Notes: generated by a model from the sequence alone, not told the origin. 64,000 bases of DNA from Camelus dromedarius (GCF_036321535.1 NC_087438.1:8682001-8746000); one strand, 5' to 3'. Numbered from the stretch's first letter, positions 1 to 13,160 are shown. Translations and numbers: made by a program.

Positions 1-169
1 TTTTTTCTTCCGTGACAATGAGAATTAAATGGGTAACCATCTGCAGCTCTCTTAATCAAAGAAGGAAGTGCAGTCAGGAAACTCCCAACCAAAATCTGGA
101 CTTTTCTCAGGTTCTCCTTCCTCCAGCCCAGCCCTATCATACACACTGGACATCAGGTGCCTCCCCTCA

Positions 170-302
170 GAAGAAAAAAAAAGAAAAAAAAAAAAAAAGG
201 AAAAGAAGAAAAGAAAAAGGTAAAAAGAAGAAAAGGAAAAAAGTTTTTTAAAAATTAAAAAAAAAAGAAAAAGAAAGAAAAAGAAAGAAAGAAAGAGAAA
301 GA
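170..302 (+). repeat. A-rich low-complexity tract (poly-A / GAAAA / GAAA mix)
   Basis: About 130 bp almost entirely of A and G, visible directly. It explains the poly-Lys ORF 12..251 and the poly-Phe ORF 52..306. Confidence 0.9.
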
Positions 303-1592
303 GCACCTCCAGGCAGAGACACCCTGAGGTGCAGTGACCCTGCGACTTTGCACCTGTCTCCCGGTCAGTTCACGTGTGATAAAGCCCATGCTGTTACCAC
401 AAGTGTCTAAGCCACATCTAGCTCTTCCTTCACATATGTGACTTCAGAATCCAGACACATCAGACATCTGAGTGAAATTTACCACATGTGAGACTTTTAT
501 AAAAAAAACAACATCATTAAATAAACTTGACGCTTCCCGTCTGTGCTAAACCTCTCCTGTCCAGGACCGCTGGGGCCACAGGGGGCCATTCTCTGCCCTG
601 AGCCCAGCCCTTCACAGAGGGGACTGAGCCCGGATCCACCAAGCATTTCCCTCAGGCAGTCAGCTTGTCGACATCAGTGAGTGTGGCAATGGAGAGAACA
701 TTGGTTTCTCTCTTTCATACATACGGCACGGAAAAAAAGGACGCTGGCCTGATGAGGGAGGAGATTCGGTAAACAGAAGTGAGATGAGCTGGGTGAGGAG
801 GAAGAAAATCAGAAGGGCACCCAATGCCCGCCTCCTGTCCCTTCCGGAAGCCGGGCCTGCCTCCCTCCTGCTGGTCCAGGAGCCCCCAGTCTCCCCTTGG
901 TCTGCTCCCCACCCCCTTCCTGTGGTCCAGGGGGGCCTGGGATCACTGCATACTTGTTGCCTTGCTTTGATTTTAATTGGATTATAATTAGATTCAATCT
1001 CAGACATACACACCCAGAATGTAGGTTTTTATTTTAAAATGATCAGAATCTTGCACATTACTATGTACACAGTGGGTTCTCTCTCTCTTAACATAATATA
1101 TATAATTCCATAAATTAAGAATTAACGTATTCATTCTTGTGGCCTTGGTTTCTGTCCACATCCCAAGGGTCTCATAAATCATTAACTGTCCCCTAACTCC
1201 TGGAGCCCGGCCACGTGAAATGGTTCTCCATCCTCACGTTGTCTGCAGCCTTGGTCCCACACCGCCTCTCCACCTGAGTCCCACGTGGACCTGTTCCACA
1301 GGTAACACCCCGACCTGCCGCCGGTCTCTGCAGCTGGGCCGGTTCTGCCCTTCCTACTGCTACTGTACCAGACGCAGGGCATCTGCCCCTCCTCCCGCAT
1401 CGGCTCTCCCTGTCACTCAGGCTTCTCTCTGGCCAGAGCCCCATCACCAGCTCTGGGTCGACACCTCACACTGCAGGACTTAGCTCTGAATCTTCCAGAA
1501 CACAGCCGGAGCCCCTGCCCCTCCTCCTCCCCCTAGATTACTGCCAGCTTTATCTCAGCCCCACCGTTAAGGCCCAGAGAAACTTACCTTCC

Positions 1593-1980
1593 TTTTTTTT
1601 TTTTTTTTTTTTTTAACTTTACACACTTTTTTGTTATTAAATGAGAAAATCTCATTTGTTACATCATCACATGGGTAGTCAGAGAGATGCTTCAGTGACG
1701 AAGAAAGTCCATGTGGGGTCAACCAAGTCCTCCTTTCTGCAACATTTGCTTACAAAAGGATGCTCAACACAGCCCAACACAACATTCTTGGTTGTCTTCA
1801 TATTGAAGTCCCCCCCCAAATCGTCTTCTATTGGGGTGTTTTACTACATAAATTATAGTTCTTCATTTTTACAATTCACCCCAAACTCTGTGAGAGATGC
1901 AGTACACTCACATTTCTAAAGCTCTTAGGAACTCCTCCCCACATCATGGTCAGCTGATGTATCCCTGCTACTTGTCCCCG
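1593..1980 (-). pseudogene. Candidate retroposed mRNA 3'-end fragment (3'UTR-like sequence plus poly-A tail); parent gene not identified, 5' boundary uncertain
   Basis: Perfect T22 at 1593-1614. The minus strand reads ...TTTAATAACAAAAAAGTGTGTAAAGTT-(A)22, giving a variant signal AATAAC about 18 nt before the tail. The adjacent sequence does not resemble an L1 or SINE 3' end. No TSD found. Confidence 0.45.
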
Positions 1981-3501
1981 TGTTGTCATTCTTCATAGTG
2001 GGTTTGAAAGGGCTGGTTTTTCAAGATCCAAAATTGAAGTCACAGATCGGACAATTTCTCAAAATAAGTTCTTATGTAGAACTGTCTTAGCAAAAGCAAC
2101 AGTACTCTGCATGCAAGACATTTGTGAAGATCAAACTGAACAAGTAATTGGATGTGAATGTATTTATTTTAGAAAACATAACATGTAATGTTGGCATATA
2201 TTGTGATGCAAGTTTTAAAAATATAGGCTAGGGTGTACAAATCAATCCTTCAGTAAAATTTAGCCTGGAGAGTGATGGCGAAGCATAAGTAATGGGCCAG
2301 TTTAGACGAGAAAATATTAAGAATTTTGCCAAAGGGAGAAAAAATATGAATATTCTTAACAAGTCAGATAATATTTGAAAAGATAAAAGGTATTCCCAGC
2401 ACAAGATGTTAATTTTGGTTCCTGTGCACAGTGAGAAATAAAATGAATCTGACATATCTTTTTCTTTCTTAGGCAGTGCTGTTTGTTCCCTAGGACTCTG
2501 CTCTCAGCCAGGTGTTTTAAAACTGACGTTTTAAATTCAGATTTCTTGTGTACAAGTATATAAATTAGTTGAGCTTTCTAGTGCATACAGCATCAACCCC
2601 CCTCCCTCCTTTCAACTAGAATTACTGTATTGACTCTTCTACAATTTCTAGGTACCTTGCCCACCTTTCCAATTCTTAAAATTATAACTTGAAGCCTTGC
2701 AGTGACTTTTGTCAATATCTTAAGTACCTTATTAATTGGGTTTGAAAAACTGTATCTAGACTGGACATTCAATTCATCCAATTAAAATTAATGAGTATCT
2801 ATGAAGCTGCTAGTTCAGAGTTGAGTTCTTGCCAACCCATCTCTAACCAAAAGTAAAATTTTCTTCCTTTGGACAAAGTGTCTGTCATACCAGCAAATGA
2901 TTATAGAGCTTTTCCCCATTGCCAGTGATTACTCAACACCGTCCCACTGTTCCCCACTGTTATCCCGTGGAATAGGTGCAAAGACGTACAGTAACCATTT
3001 CTTGGTCATAGATTTGACACACAGGATGCTATGTATATTTCAGGAAGCCATGATGCCCATCCCTCTGCAGACAATGAATTATTTCTCGGCTGGTCGGAAG
3101 GATTCATTTGAAATTATGGGAAATACATGTTTGAAAACGAATGCTTAAAAGGATAGATCAGAGAATGGAATTCTGGAATTTTTTTTGTTTCTCTTTTTGA
3201 TATTCTTTAGAATCTAATCCTCACCATTTAGAAATTATTTCTGTGGTTCCAACTGAAGACATGGTTGTACTAGAGGGAACGTATTGAAAGAAAATAATTT
3301 AATTCTGACCATTATAATGCAATCGTAATGTTATTGAATTCTTAGCTGTCTAAGTAATAATGATTTTCTGCTCTTACTTGGCATAGCAACCATATGGGCT
3401 TCAAGGGGGTATAAATGAATTTTTAAAAATAAGAAAAATATATATACCATGGCGTTCTCCTTACTAGATTGTAGGATGACTTAAGCATCAGGACTGTGTT
3501 T

Positions 3502-3523
3502 TATATATATATATATATATATA
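3502..3523. repeat. (TA)n microsatellite
   Basis: Direct read. Confidence 0.95.
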
Positions 3524-3593
3524 GTTGTTTTTCTTCCTCCTAATGCTTCTATTTTAATGCTTTTCACCTGAATGTTGGCCAATCAAATATTAC

Positions 3594-3621
3594 TAAAATA
3601 AAATAAAATAAAATAAAATAA
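3594..3621 (+). repeat. (TAAAA)n microsatellite
   Basis: Direct read, about 5.5 units. Confidence 0.9.
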
Positions 3622-4849
3622 TTGAGATAGAATTCACCATTATACCTATGGATTAAAGCTCACAAAAGCGAAGGTATTCCCATCCCAGAAATTCTGAATG
3701 CTGCCGATTTAAAGTACATCAAGACAGATAGACATTTTAGACTCTAGCTCGTCCTGGAGCTAACTCTATGACCAAAATGGAATCGTTATGGGCGCAGTTG
3801 GGGGAATGCCATTTATCACATTAGTCTAGAATTCCTTCTATTCTGAAACAAATACCCAGACATTATTTTTAGCTTTTATGCTACATAACTTGCAAAGAGC
3901 TGTACTTGGATAGCTACCAAACCAAAAATGTAAGCATGACTATAGAAACACTTTCTGCTTCTGAAGAATAAATTCATGGCATCAACATTAAATAGAATTA
4001 CATTGTTTTAAAGACTTATGATTTAATTAGCAGAAGCAGTTTTTGTAGAACAAGGATTTCTACTTCACCTCGTTTAAAATATCCTGAAAAAAATACATAA
4101 CAGATGCTAATAAGCCTTTGTAATATTTGGCATGAAATTTGGTGAAAAAGAAGTTGACCAGTCCCACTCGGATCCTTAAATTGCTTGGTCACCTGAAACA
4201 AAGCACTGAGCCCTCGGGCTCTGAGTTTTCTTATTGCAATAAGTAGAGTTGAATGAGCTGACTTTCCATGGATTATATCCTAAGATATTTTTATTCTATC
4301 TTTTTCAGGTGTCATCGTGACATTATTTTCAGTTGGTTAAATAAACATTAAGATAACTAAATGAGCACCTAATTAGCTGTATGAGAAAATGTGTATGATT
4401 TCACAGTGGGAAGAATCTTCCAGGCAGTATTATTTCTGCATCTTTTTTTTTTATAATCATCCTCTGTTACCACCTCCTCTCATGTATACAGACCATTTGA
4501 AACTCCCAAGTCACGTCTCCTTTTCCAGTGAGCAACTTTCAATGTCCTTACGCTTCCCAACACTGTTTTAAAAATTCTCGGCAGAATGTAGTTTTTTCCA
4601 TATCATTTCCCCACCGTTGCCAGACTCTCCTACGTCTGCGTGGATCGGATGCTGTTCCATGCAGCGTCCACTAGCTGCTGTTGAGAATCTCACTATTTCT
4701 CAGCTCTTCCCCTCTTTTCTACTTACTAGCCCTAAAACAGCCCCACACTACCTTTTCCTTTTTAAAATGAGACACTATAACCTGAAACGCTTGCCAAAGT
4801 GAATTTCTGCTTCTCTCCTTAAAATGCACATTCCTCCCAACATTATCCA

Positions 4850-5120
4850 GCAATATTTACTGGGCATCTACGACAGGCGTACACTGTGCAAGAGTCTCTA
4901 GGTGCAATAATGAGAAAGTAGACACCAGCCCTGCTTTTTATGTGGCTTCTAGTTGAGTGGGAAAGGCACACTGATAGACATTGTCATACGATGTGTGTTT
5001 ACAGATAGGTAACCTAAGGGAAGTGTCTCAGTTCTATGACTGCCCATCCAAAAAGAGCTTGATTTTGACTCAGGGAGGTTTCATTCCAGGCTGAGCAAGC
5101 AGTCCTGTGGCTGAAAGTAG
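4850..5120 (-). mobile_element. L2 3' fragment (degraded)
   Basis: caatatttactgggcatctac...actgtgcaagag...gacaccagccctgctttt resembles the reverse complement of the L2 3' terminus. Confidence 0.55.
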
Positions 5121-5465
5121 CACAGTGCATTCTAGGAACTGGAAAAAAAAAGAGAATTTGTAGGTATGGAAAAGGAGGAACTACAAGATATGTGTGTATG
5201 AAAGTATGATGCTCTGAGTGATTCATTAGGCAGCTGGAGGTACTGTGGGATCTGATGTCTAGTTGTGTGTCTATTGAGACAACAATTCAAGCATGTCTCT
5301 AACGTTACCCTTAGCTGGGGCACTTCCTCATCAGGTTAGACAACGAATCTCTCTGGTTCCTCATTCGTTCTTATGAATATGGACCATTAGAGGAGTAAGC
5401 CGCCACCACTTACTGAGATAAAGCCTTTGGCTTGGCAATTCCACAAGTTTCAAATATCTATCTAT

Positions 5466-5483
5466 TGTCTGTCTGTCTGTCTC

Positions 5484-5531
<48 letters not shown>
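5466..5531. repeat. Compound (TGTC)n(TCTA)12 tetranucleotide STR
   Basis: Direct read. (TCTA)12 lies at 5484-5531. Confidence 0.95.
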
Positions 5532-6344
5532 AATTTTAGTGTGATGTGATGTGTGTGTGTAGGAGGTTAAGGAATCCTGGATTAAATAAGTAGATATATT
5601 AGGTCTTGCCAATATCCTCACAACTACTAATAGTGTTTGTTTAAGCACAGAAACAGTCTTTTCCTATCTCTGAGGTAGGTGCTCAGAGGTCACAGGGGAG
5701 CTATGGTCGTCTGGGGCAAGAGGTACTGAAATGAGTTAAAGGCTATTCAACTCTGCTTTTCTACAGCGGTCCTCAGGATGGACTTAGTTCTTGATGACGC
5801 TTGTCCTGGAAGAGAGGGATGTAAGACTGGTGCTCCACGTTTGCGCTGCTTTGCTCAGAGACTCTAGATTTAAGGCATCCATGTCCTCAGCTTCTTAAGG
5901 AACTCCCCAGTAAGAGATGTAGGCAGTAATTCTGAATATAAATCCTCGTAATATTGGACAGATTTTTCTTATCAGTAGATTTGAAGAAACAAAATTTCCC
6001 TTGAGTGACAATGCGAAACTCACTTATTTACAAAATAAAATTTATCTTAGAAGGGTAGACGCAAATGTCTTTTGGGAGTCTTCTACTTTATACGTATATT
6101 GTCAGCACTGTTAGTTCCAACCCACTAAACCAATCCATCCGTGTTCAGGCAAAACTCTGAAACATGTAAACATAATTTCCACAAAACAAACACAAATTAT
6201 AATGGTGCTGTAAATAACGTTCCTTCAAAATGATCTTTCTAACAATTTTTCCAGAAGATGGTGTAAGCAAAAGAGCTTTTCTTATGCCAGCCTTAATTCC
6301 TGTATATATTCCCAATTAATTACATATCCTAATATTTACACAGC

Positions 6345-6710
6345 CCTTCATCACTTGCAAAGTGTTTTCACACTTGCACAATTATTACCTCATTTCAAAT
6401 TAACAACACTCCTTGGCAAGCTAGGTGGGCATTATAATTTCAATTTGAGGGATGAAGAAGAGATTCAAAGAAGTTAATCATTTGCCCACCATCAGATAAA
6501 ACGTGATTTGCGGAGCTAATAAGAGTCATCAGCATTTACTAAGCACCAAAGAGCCTGGTCATGAAGATACGTGCCCTATATGCATCTTCCTGTAGTGCCA
6601 GCATCAACCTTCCAAGGAGGCAACGTTGCTACCAATTAACTGATAGGAAAACTGAGGTTAACCCAGCGAAGGAAGTGGCAGAGTCTGGAACTAAACTAAG
6701 AGCATTTCAC
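6345..6710 (-). mobile_element. Two adjacent MIR-family SINE fragments
   Basis: MIR core-like motifs: gagggatgaagaagagattcaaagaagttaatcatttgcccac and gataggaaaactgaggtt...gaagtggcagagtctggaact. Confidence 0.6.
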
Positions 6711-9610
6711 TGTGAGTCATAAAATGGTTTTCCCTCATTTATATTAGCTTCTTTTAATAGCTCCTATCAATGAATTTTTTACGATAGCAGAATAATTTGG
6801 GTCCACACTTTTCAGGTCAAATGATTAACTATAGAATAATTTATAGTTGTTTCTTGGAAGTTTCTGTAGCCAGTGTCTTTTTTTTTTTTAAGTAACTATT
6901 TTGAATAGTAATTTTCTGTCAAATTACCAATTTCTTCTCCTCCGTGCAGAGTGCTTTAATAGTAGAGTCAGCACATGGCACTGTTGATTTAGACGCTGCC
7001 ACACAAGCTAGCTGGAAATGTCTAAGTCATACTCCTGCTTATTTAAATCTCTTTTCAGACATTCCTCTTACTCAAGATTTAAATAATGGACTAGCGGAGA
7101 AATCCCATGGAAGCTGCATCACCCCCCTGCCCCTCCCACCATCATCATCCTCATCCTCATCAAACATTTATTTCTAAGCACTTTACAAAATAAAGAAGAC
7201 ACAGTTCTTTCTTCCTAAAACTAAAACCTGAAAAGAAGGCAATCTAAGGATAAACATCCAGAGTGAAGTCGTTTTCAATAATTAATAACATCTACATTTT
7301 AAAAAATCACATCAGTTTTAAAGGAATGATTCAAATGAAAAAATGTGGAAATGTTTGAAGGCAAAAATTCTACCCAGGGTGATATGTACAACGCTGTAAA
7401 CTGAAGAACTAGCATAGCAATTTTTAGGAGCTGGTTTGATACGTACAGTGAGTAAAAATAAACTAAACTATATACAGTAGGAAGGAGTAGGTGTTGTTTT
7501 CCCCTAAGGATCAAACACGCATAACACCTCCTGGTTTTTTAAAGCAAGGTGCTCAAATGCTGAAAAAAAAATCATTTTGTATTATTTCAGTATCTTTGAA
7601 AAGAAGGTATATTAGGAAATATTACTTCAATTTTTGGTGCTAGGATGTTGATGTCATCGTAAGATACGTAGTGAAGTAAAACTGGATTACGAATTTGGGA
7701 TTTTTGATTCAAAAGAATGAATCACTCACTGTGGGGGTCCAAATAGAGCAAAAAACTTCAATAGCCAGAATTTACATCATGCCAAATTATGACATCATCC
7801 AGAACGTTAGTCTTCAATGACTTTTGTGAGTTTAGTTCTACTAAGCAAGAGGAATATGGAAGATAATTTATATATTTCTAATACCCTTGAAAGTTAATTC
7901 TGAACACTGTCTAATTTCTGACTCTCATGTTAGTATCTATTTGACCCATTATGAGAAAACACCTCTATAATTCACTTTAAACAATAAAACCAGTGTTAGC
8001 AATGCTTCCCAGCTCTGCAGTTACTGCTTAGCTATGTGTACCTTTTACTTCTCTGTCTCTTGCCACTTATTTCCTTTAGATTTGATTCTCTGTTTTGAGA
8101 AACACAATTAAGTAATTCCAGGCATGGGAGTTAATGGGGTCATTCATTCACAAACTCCAGAAGAACCTAGCAATGTATTGGTTTCCAATTGTAGCACTGC
8201 CCTCTACTGGGTAAAGAAAAATCTGATATTATTAATGGATTTCTAATTACTTAAGACCAGAGACTATATGAAAAGCTAATTCAAATCTAACTACCTTGGT
8301 ATTTTTTTAAACTGAAGGGGCTGAGGAATATGATCGTGGAATATAAAAATCTTTGACTTCTCCATGTAGACATTTTTACTTCTCTATGTTCTTGTTTTGA
8401 ATAAATGTATTCTTTGATTTGAATATACATTCTTTGACTTGAATATAAGAAGCTTTTGATGTGAACTTAGATCCTCTGGGGGCTTACATATATGAGAGAT
8501 AACTGGTATATCGTAATATAGACAAGCTAAGTGATGAGGAAATTAGAGTCAGAATGGCATTGATTTCAAGGATTTTTTTAATATGAGCTGGTACTTGAGG
8601 AAGATAGTGATATTATCTTCTATTGTATTTATAACTTTATTTTGTTGATAACTTTAGCTATATTTATGTTCAGTTTATATTTGGATGGTGACACAATATT
8701 GTTTGCTTTTAGGTATCTTTTCTGTACGATATCAAGGAGGAAATGTGAAGTACATTTTTTCTTTCTCTCCTCACCCTGTTACAATGTAGGGAAGGGGTTT
8801 TAGAAATTAACACCATGCAAGATTATGTTAATTATCCCTTAACCCAACAGACAAATGTCCAGTATCATAAGAAAAATATTTTTCTATGTACATGATCTAA
8901 AATCTTATAAAGTTCATGTCTTTATTAATCTCACATATCATATTAATATTAATATGTTTTTATTGGATACAGAACTGGCTACCAGTATCATCCCATATTC
9001 CCTTACAGTTACTTATAATAATATTTCATGGTAATTGTTAAGCACTGAACAAATTTTTAAAAATTAGTTGAACTAAGGTGGAATTGACACCCCTCTATGG
9101 AAACTGAGGCTGTAACAAAAGTATTTGCCACCTAGGAACAAAGGGGGATCTGAAATCAGGGCCAAGATTCTTTTCTGAAAATAGTTTTTGTTGACTTTCT
9201 CTTTGACTAAATAAATGTTCTAACCTGAAGCTGGAAAGCCTCACAGATAGCTTTCAGTGAGGAATTTTTTGCTGCAAGAATATTTTACTGAAAAAAATTT
9301 TCAAATAATGTCAATCCAGTAAAATTGTATCATAAGAGGAGCTATGTTCATAAAACTTCCAAAGAGATTGGACTACTAATTGTATCAGTTTTTTTTTAAA
9401 GTCATATGACTGGTAGGGGTGTAGTGGAAATGTTTTAAATTTTTATTTGGAGAAAATCCCATCTACTGTGCTTTCCTGGGACTATTGATCATTTATTGTA
9501 TCTTCAGAGACCTTTCTAAAAATAAAGAATCCATCATGACATTACACACACACACAGTCACTCACATCCAATGATTGAACCATATCAAACTGTTTTCTAT
9601 TTCTCTAGAG

Positions 9611-10007
9611 CAGGAATTCTTCATGGGGGCCGTGAAGAGAACTTAAGATGATAGAACATATGTATACATACATGATAGAACATATGTATATCTTATTTTC
9701 TGAAATTTAACATTTTATTTATTTATAAATCTAAGTGGAAAACCACATGAATAATGAGAATTTATCAGCAATAGGAATCATTTTTTTTTCTTATCATGCT
9801 TGCTGCAGATACTCAAGTCATCACTAATACTCATCATTACTTTAAAATTACAGTTGTTGTTAAAGCCAATACTTGATCTTGCTGTTTAAAGTGTTAGTAA
9901 TAAAGCACATACTTCACCATATCATAGTCTTTAAATTATTTGACAATTGGATTTATGACAGATTTTATTTGCTGTCAAATTTTTTATGTCATGCATTAAA
10001 AATGTTA
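9611..10007 (+). mobile_element. MER113-like hAT-Charlie DNA transposon relic
   Basis: Ordered motifs match my recall of MER113: ggggccgtgaa, ctgaaatttaacatt, tgcagata, ctcatcattactttaaaattacagttgttgttaaa, aataaagcacata, atgcattaaaaatgtt. Confidence 0.65.
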
Positions 10008-10084
10008 GTATTTAATTAATTTAATTAATATTTTAATTCTTTAAAAATTGAGTTGGCCTTTATTCCAGTCCAGAATAAGAGATG

Positions 10085-10300
10085 AGATAGAGAAAAGATT
10101 TATGGCTGCCTGAAGTTGATGGTGGGAACAAGATGGCCACACATAGCATGAGATTTCTTTTTGGAATGATGGAAATGTTTCATGTTAGATTGCGGTGATG
10201 GTTGTACAATTCTGTAATTTGATAAAAATTATTGAGTTGTACATATACAATGAGGGAATTTTGTGGTATGTAAATTACCCCTCAATAAAGCTGTTTACAA
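10085..10300 (+). mobile_element. Old L1 (L1MC/MD-like) 3' terminus
   Basis: ttggaatgatggaaatgtttcatgttagattgcggtgatggttgtacaat...gtaaattacccctcaataaagctgttt is a typical L1M 3' end. Confidence 0.75.
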
Positions 10301-11789
10301 AAGAGATGAGCTTAGGGGTCTAAAAACACATGAACAAAAAAATTATGTATATATTGTTATCAACAAGGATATGGGAAAAAACCCCAAATCTAACAGCATG
10401 TCACATTTGACAATAACATCTCAAAAAAGAAATACAGAACTAATCCACATTACTTTTGAATAGTCTCTGCCTTCAGTCATATATACTCTGGGGGAAATGT
10501 ATTCTAAAGAAAGAGAAAAAAATAGAAAACTTTGGAACTTATTCAGTAAATTTTTATTATTAATGAGATAGAAGTAGAAATTCTTAAACAACATAACTGT
10601 GGAGTAGAATTAAATACATGGGTAACTATACAAATGTTTGAGAACCAGAGTTCTCAGTGGGGTGGAGGGGAAGGAGTTCATGTACATGGACTGACTGTAT
10701 GTGTTGCCCTGTATTGGAATTAGATACATTCATATATACGTTTGAGGTTTAGTTGTTTAACTGGTTTTTCTGATTGTTAAGATGCAGTGACACTCATCCT
10801 AGATTTGTGCATCTTACATGGAAGAAGTTTCCCAAAGGGCTTATTTTAAAGATGTTGTTGTCAAGTGTGAAGAAAAAGTCATTATAGGCAGAAATGCGGA
10901 GAGAAGCAGAACAGGAAGTGGGAAAATGACACCATGGCCACCATATTGCTTTGTTACCTAAATAAAGTCCTGGTGCCGGTGACTGTTAGGTTATTATTCA
11001 AGTAAGAGGGAAGGGAAAATGCTTGGTCCTTCACAGGGAGGGAGCTTAAAATAAGACCCTCACCTAAAGCTAGAGCTCTCTAGGTGCTGCCCTGTTCACA
11101 AAAGAGACAGGAGACACTCTATACACTGGCATAGGGAGGGGCTGGGATGGCTGCCACCAAACAAATCCTTGGTTGGAATAGAGGGAAAAGGCAACTGCAA
11201 GAAATGGAAAACTCTAGGTGTGAGTTTCTGCATGTCAGATCAACATAAAAATAACTGAAGAGACCAAAGAAACCATGTGGCTTTCAAAGCTGGAAAAGCC
11301 GCTCTACAGGGACACGTATATGCCAATCAGTCAATCAAATCATCCTCCGTTGAAAATGAACTCAAAGCCAAAAACACCACAGAAAGAAACAGATTAACGT
11401 GAAGGAGGGGCATCAGTCAAACAAGAATTGGGAATCATAGACGCCTTCAAAGGAAGTCCTAAAATAGTACGAAGGTGGGGGAAGGGGTAAAAGGAGGAAT
11501 AGCTATTTCACTTATATTCATTGCTAAGTAAAAATAGTGCCCTCTTCTAAATTAATGTCTCAAGACAACCATTTTGTTCTGTTCACATTTTAAGGGTTGG
11601 ACATTTGGGATGAAGTTAAGATGGACAATATTTATCTCAGACCCACTTCCCGCACAGCCTCTCCCTTCATGGTACTGTGTCTCATCTTGCAGGCTCCTCC
11701 ATGGTCATCAGGTACATGGTGGGGAGATTCCTACAGGGTTGTCTTTGGACTTTGGAAAACAACAGGAGAAGAGAGAGCTAGCAAAGTGT

Positions 11790-12745
11790 GTGTAGCGTAA
11801 GCATATAAAGAGTTGGAAACTATGAAACCTAAAATATTAAAGAGGAATTGAGGGGAGACAAGGGAGCGGTATTCCCTTACATCAATCGGGAATTTCAGAA
11901 AGAGAAAATGTGAAAACTTCAGTAGAGACAGTACTCAAAAACTAAAGCTCTGGTTTTCTTCAGGTGGGAAAAAGAACTTGATTCTCCTCATCCAAGGTGT
12001 GCTCTGAACGTTAAGTGAGATAAATTAAAAATTCATACAGAGACACATTGTGGTAAAACTGTAACATATCACAGACAATGTGAGACATTAAAAAATTTAT
12101 TAGGCATTCATTGCAGCATTATTTACAATAGCCAAGACATGGAAACAACATAAATGTCCATCGACAGCTGAGTGGATAAAAAAGATGTGTTATATATATA
12201 CACACACACACACACACACATTTATATATACACACACACACACACACACTGGAATATTACTCAGCCATAAAAAGAATGAAAAAATGTCATTTGCAGCAAC
12301 ATGGATGGACCTAGAGATTATCATATTAAGTGAAGTAAGTCAGACAGAGAAAGACAAATACCATATGATATCACTTATACATGGAATCTAAAAAAATGAT
12401 ACAAATTTTATTTACAAACCAGAAATAGACTCATTGACATAGAAAACAAACTATGGTTACGAAGGGGGAAGGGGGGAGGGGTAAATTAAGAGTTTGGGAT
12501 TAACAGATACACACTACTATACACAAAATAAATAAACAACAAGGACCTATTGTATAGCACAGGGGACTATATTCAATTTCTTGTAATAAGAAAATTCACT
12601 GAGCTGTACACGTTAGATTTGTGCACTTTTCATGTCTGTGTTATGCTTCAATGAAAAGATTTTACAAATGAAAAAAATTGTTAAGCAGAAAAGCCAGGTT
12701 ATCTACAAAGAAATGACAATATGTTATATATTAGCGTTCTCAGAG
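11790..12745 (+). mobile_element. Ancient L1/HAL1 ORF1-like remnant (about 11790-12100 and 12680-12745), interrupted by L1 3' fragments
   Basis: Degenerate ORF1 motifs gagacacattgtggtaaaactg (RHIVVKL) and caggttatctacaaagaaatgacaata (QVIYKEMTI) lie on either side of the insert. Confidence 0.5.
12107..12589 (+). mobile_element. Artiodactyl-type L1 fragment (ORF2 C-terminus plus part of the 3'UTR) containing a (TA)n(CA)n STR
   Basis: Translation ...KKNEKMSFAATWMDLEIIILSEVSQ matches the L1 ORF2p C-terminus. The 3'UTR is similar to 13973-14376 and 45669-46359. Confidence 0.9.
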
Positions 12746-12939
12746 AGCGAGCTGAGGGACTGCCAGAGCACTGATGACAGGTTTCCTGGGAGAACTGGGG
12801 GTAGACTAGTCTTTAAAGTATCAGATTTGGATAGTGGACAAGAAAAAAATATTACACGGCCTTCTCCAAGTATTTGACTTGAACATGGTAGAATTATATT
12901 TTTATTTTAATAGAGGCAATAGTAATATAATAATACTAC

Positions 12940-13160
12940 TAGTAATACTTAATATTTACTCATTGATATAAGTGCAAGAATTTTGTAAGGGGCTTTACAG
13001 ACATTATTATCATTCAATCCTTGAAACAATGTTGTGATGTGGCTATCTATTTTTCTTGTCTTATGAACAAAAAAAAATTTAATTGTCAAAGGTAGCAGAG
13101 AGTAGAAGAGTCAGTATTAAATCCCAAGTAGGTGTCTTGCTAAATTCCGAGGTCTACAGC
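12940..13160 (-). mobile_element. MIR SINE
   Basis: ggggctttacagacattattatcattcaatccttgaaacaat...aaaggtagcagagagtagaagagtcagtattaaatcccaag is MIR-like. Confidence 0.55.

Noticed and set aside
12..306. Lys-rich (+) and Phe-rich (-) ORFs
   Set aside because: They are translations of the A-rich low-complexity tract.
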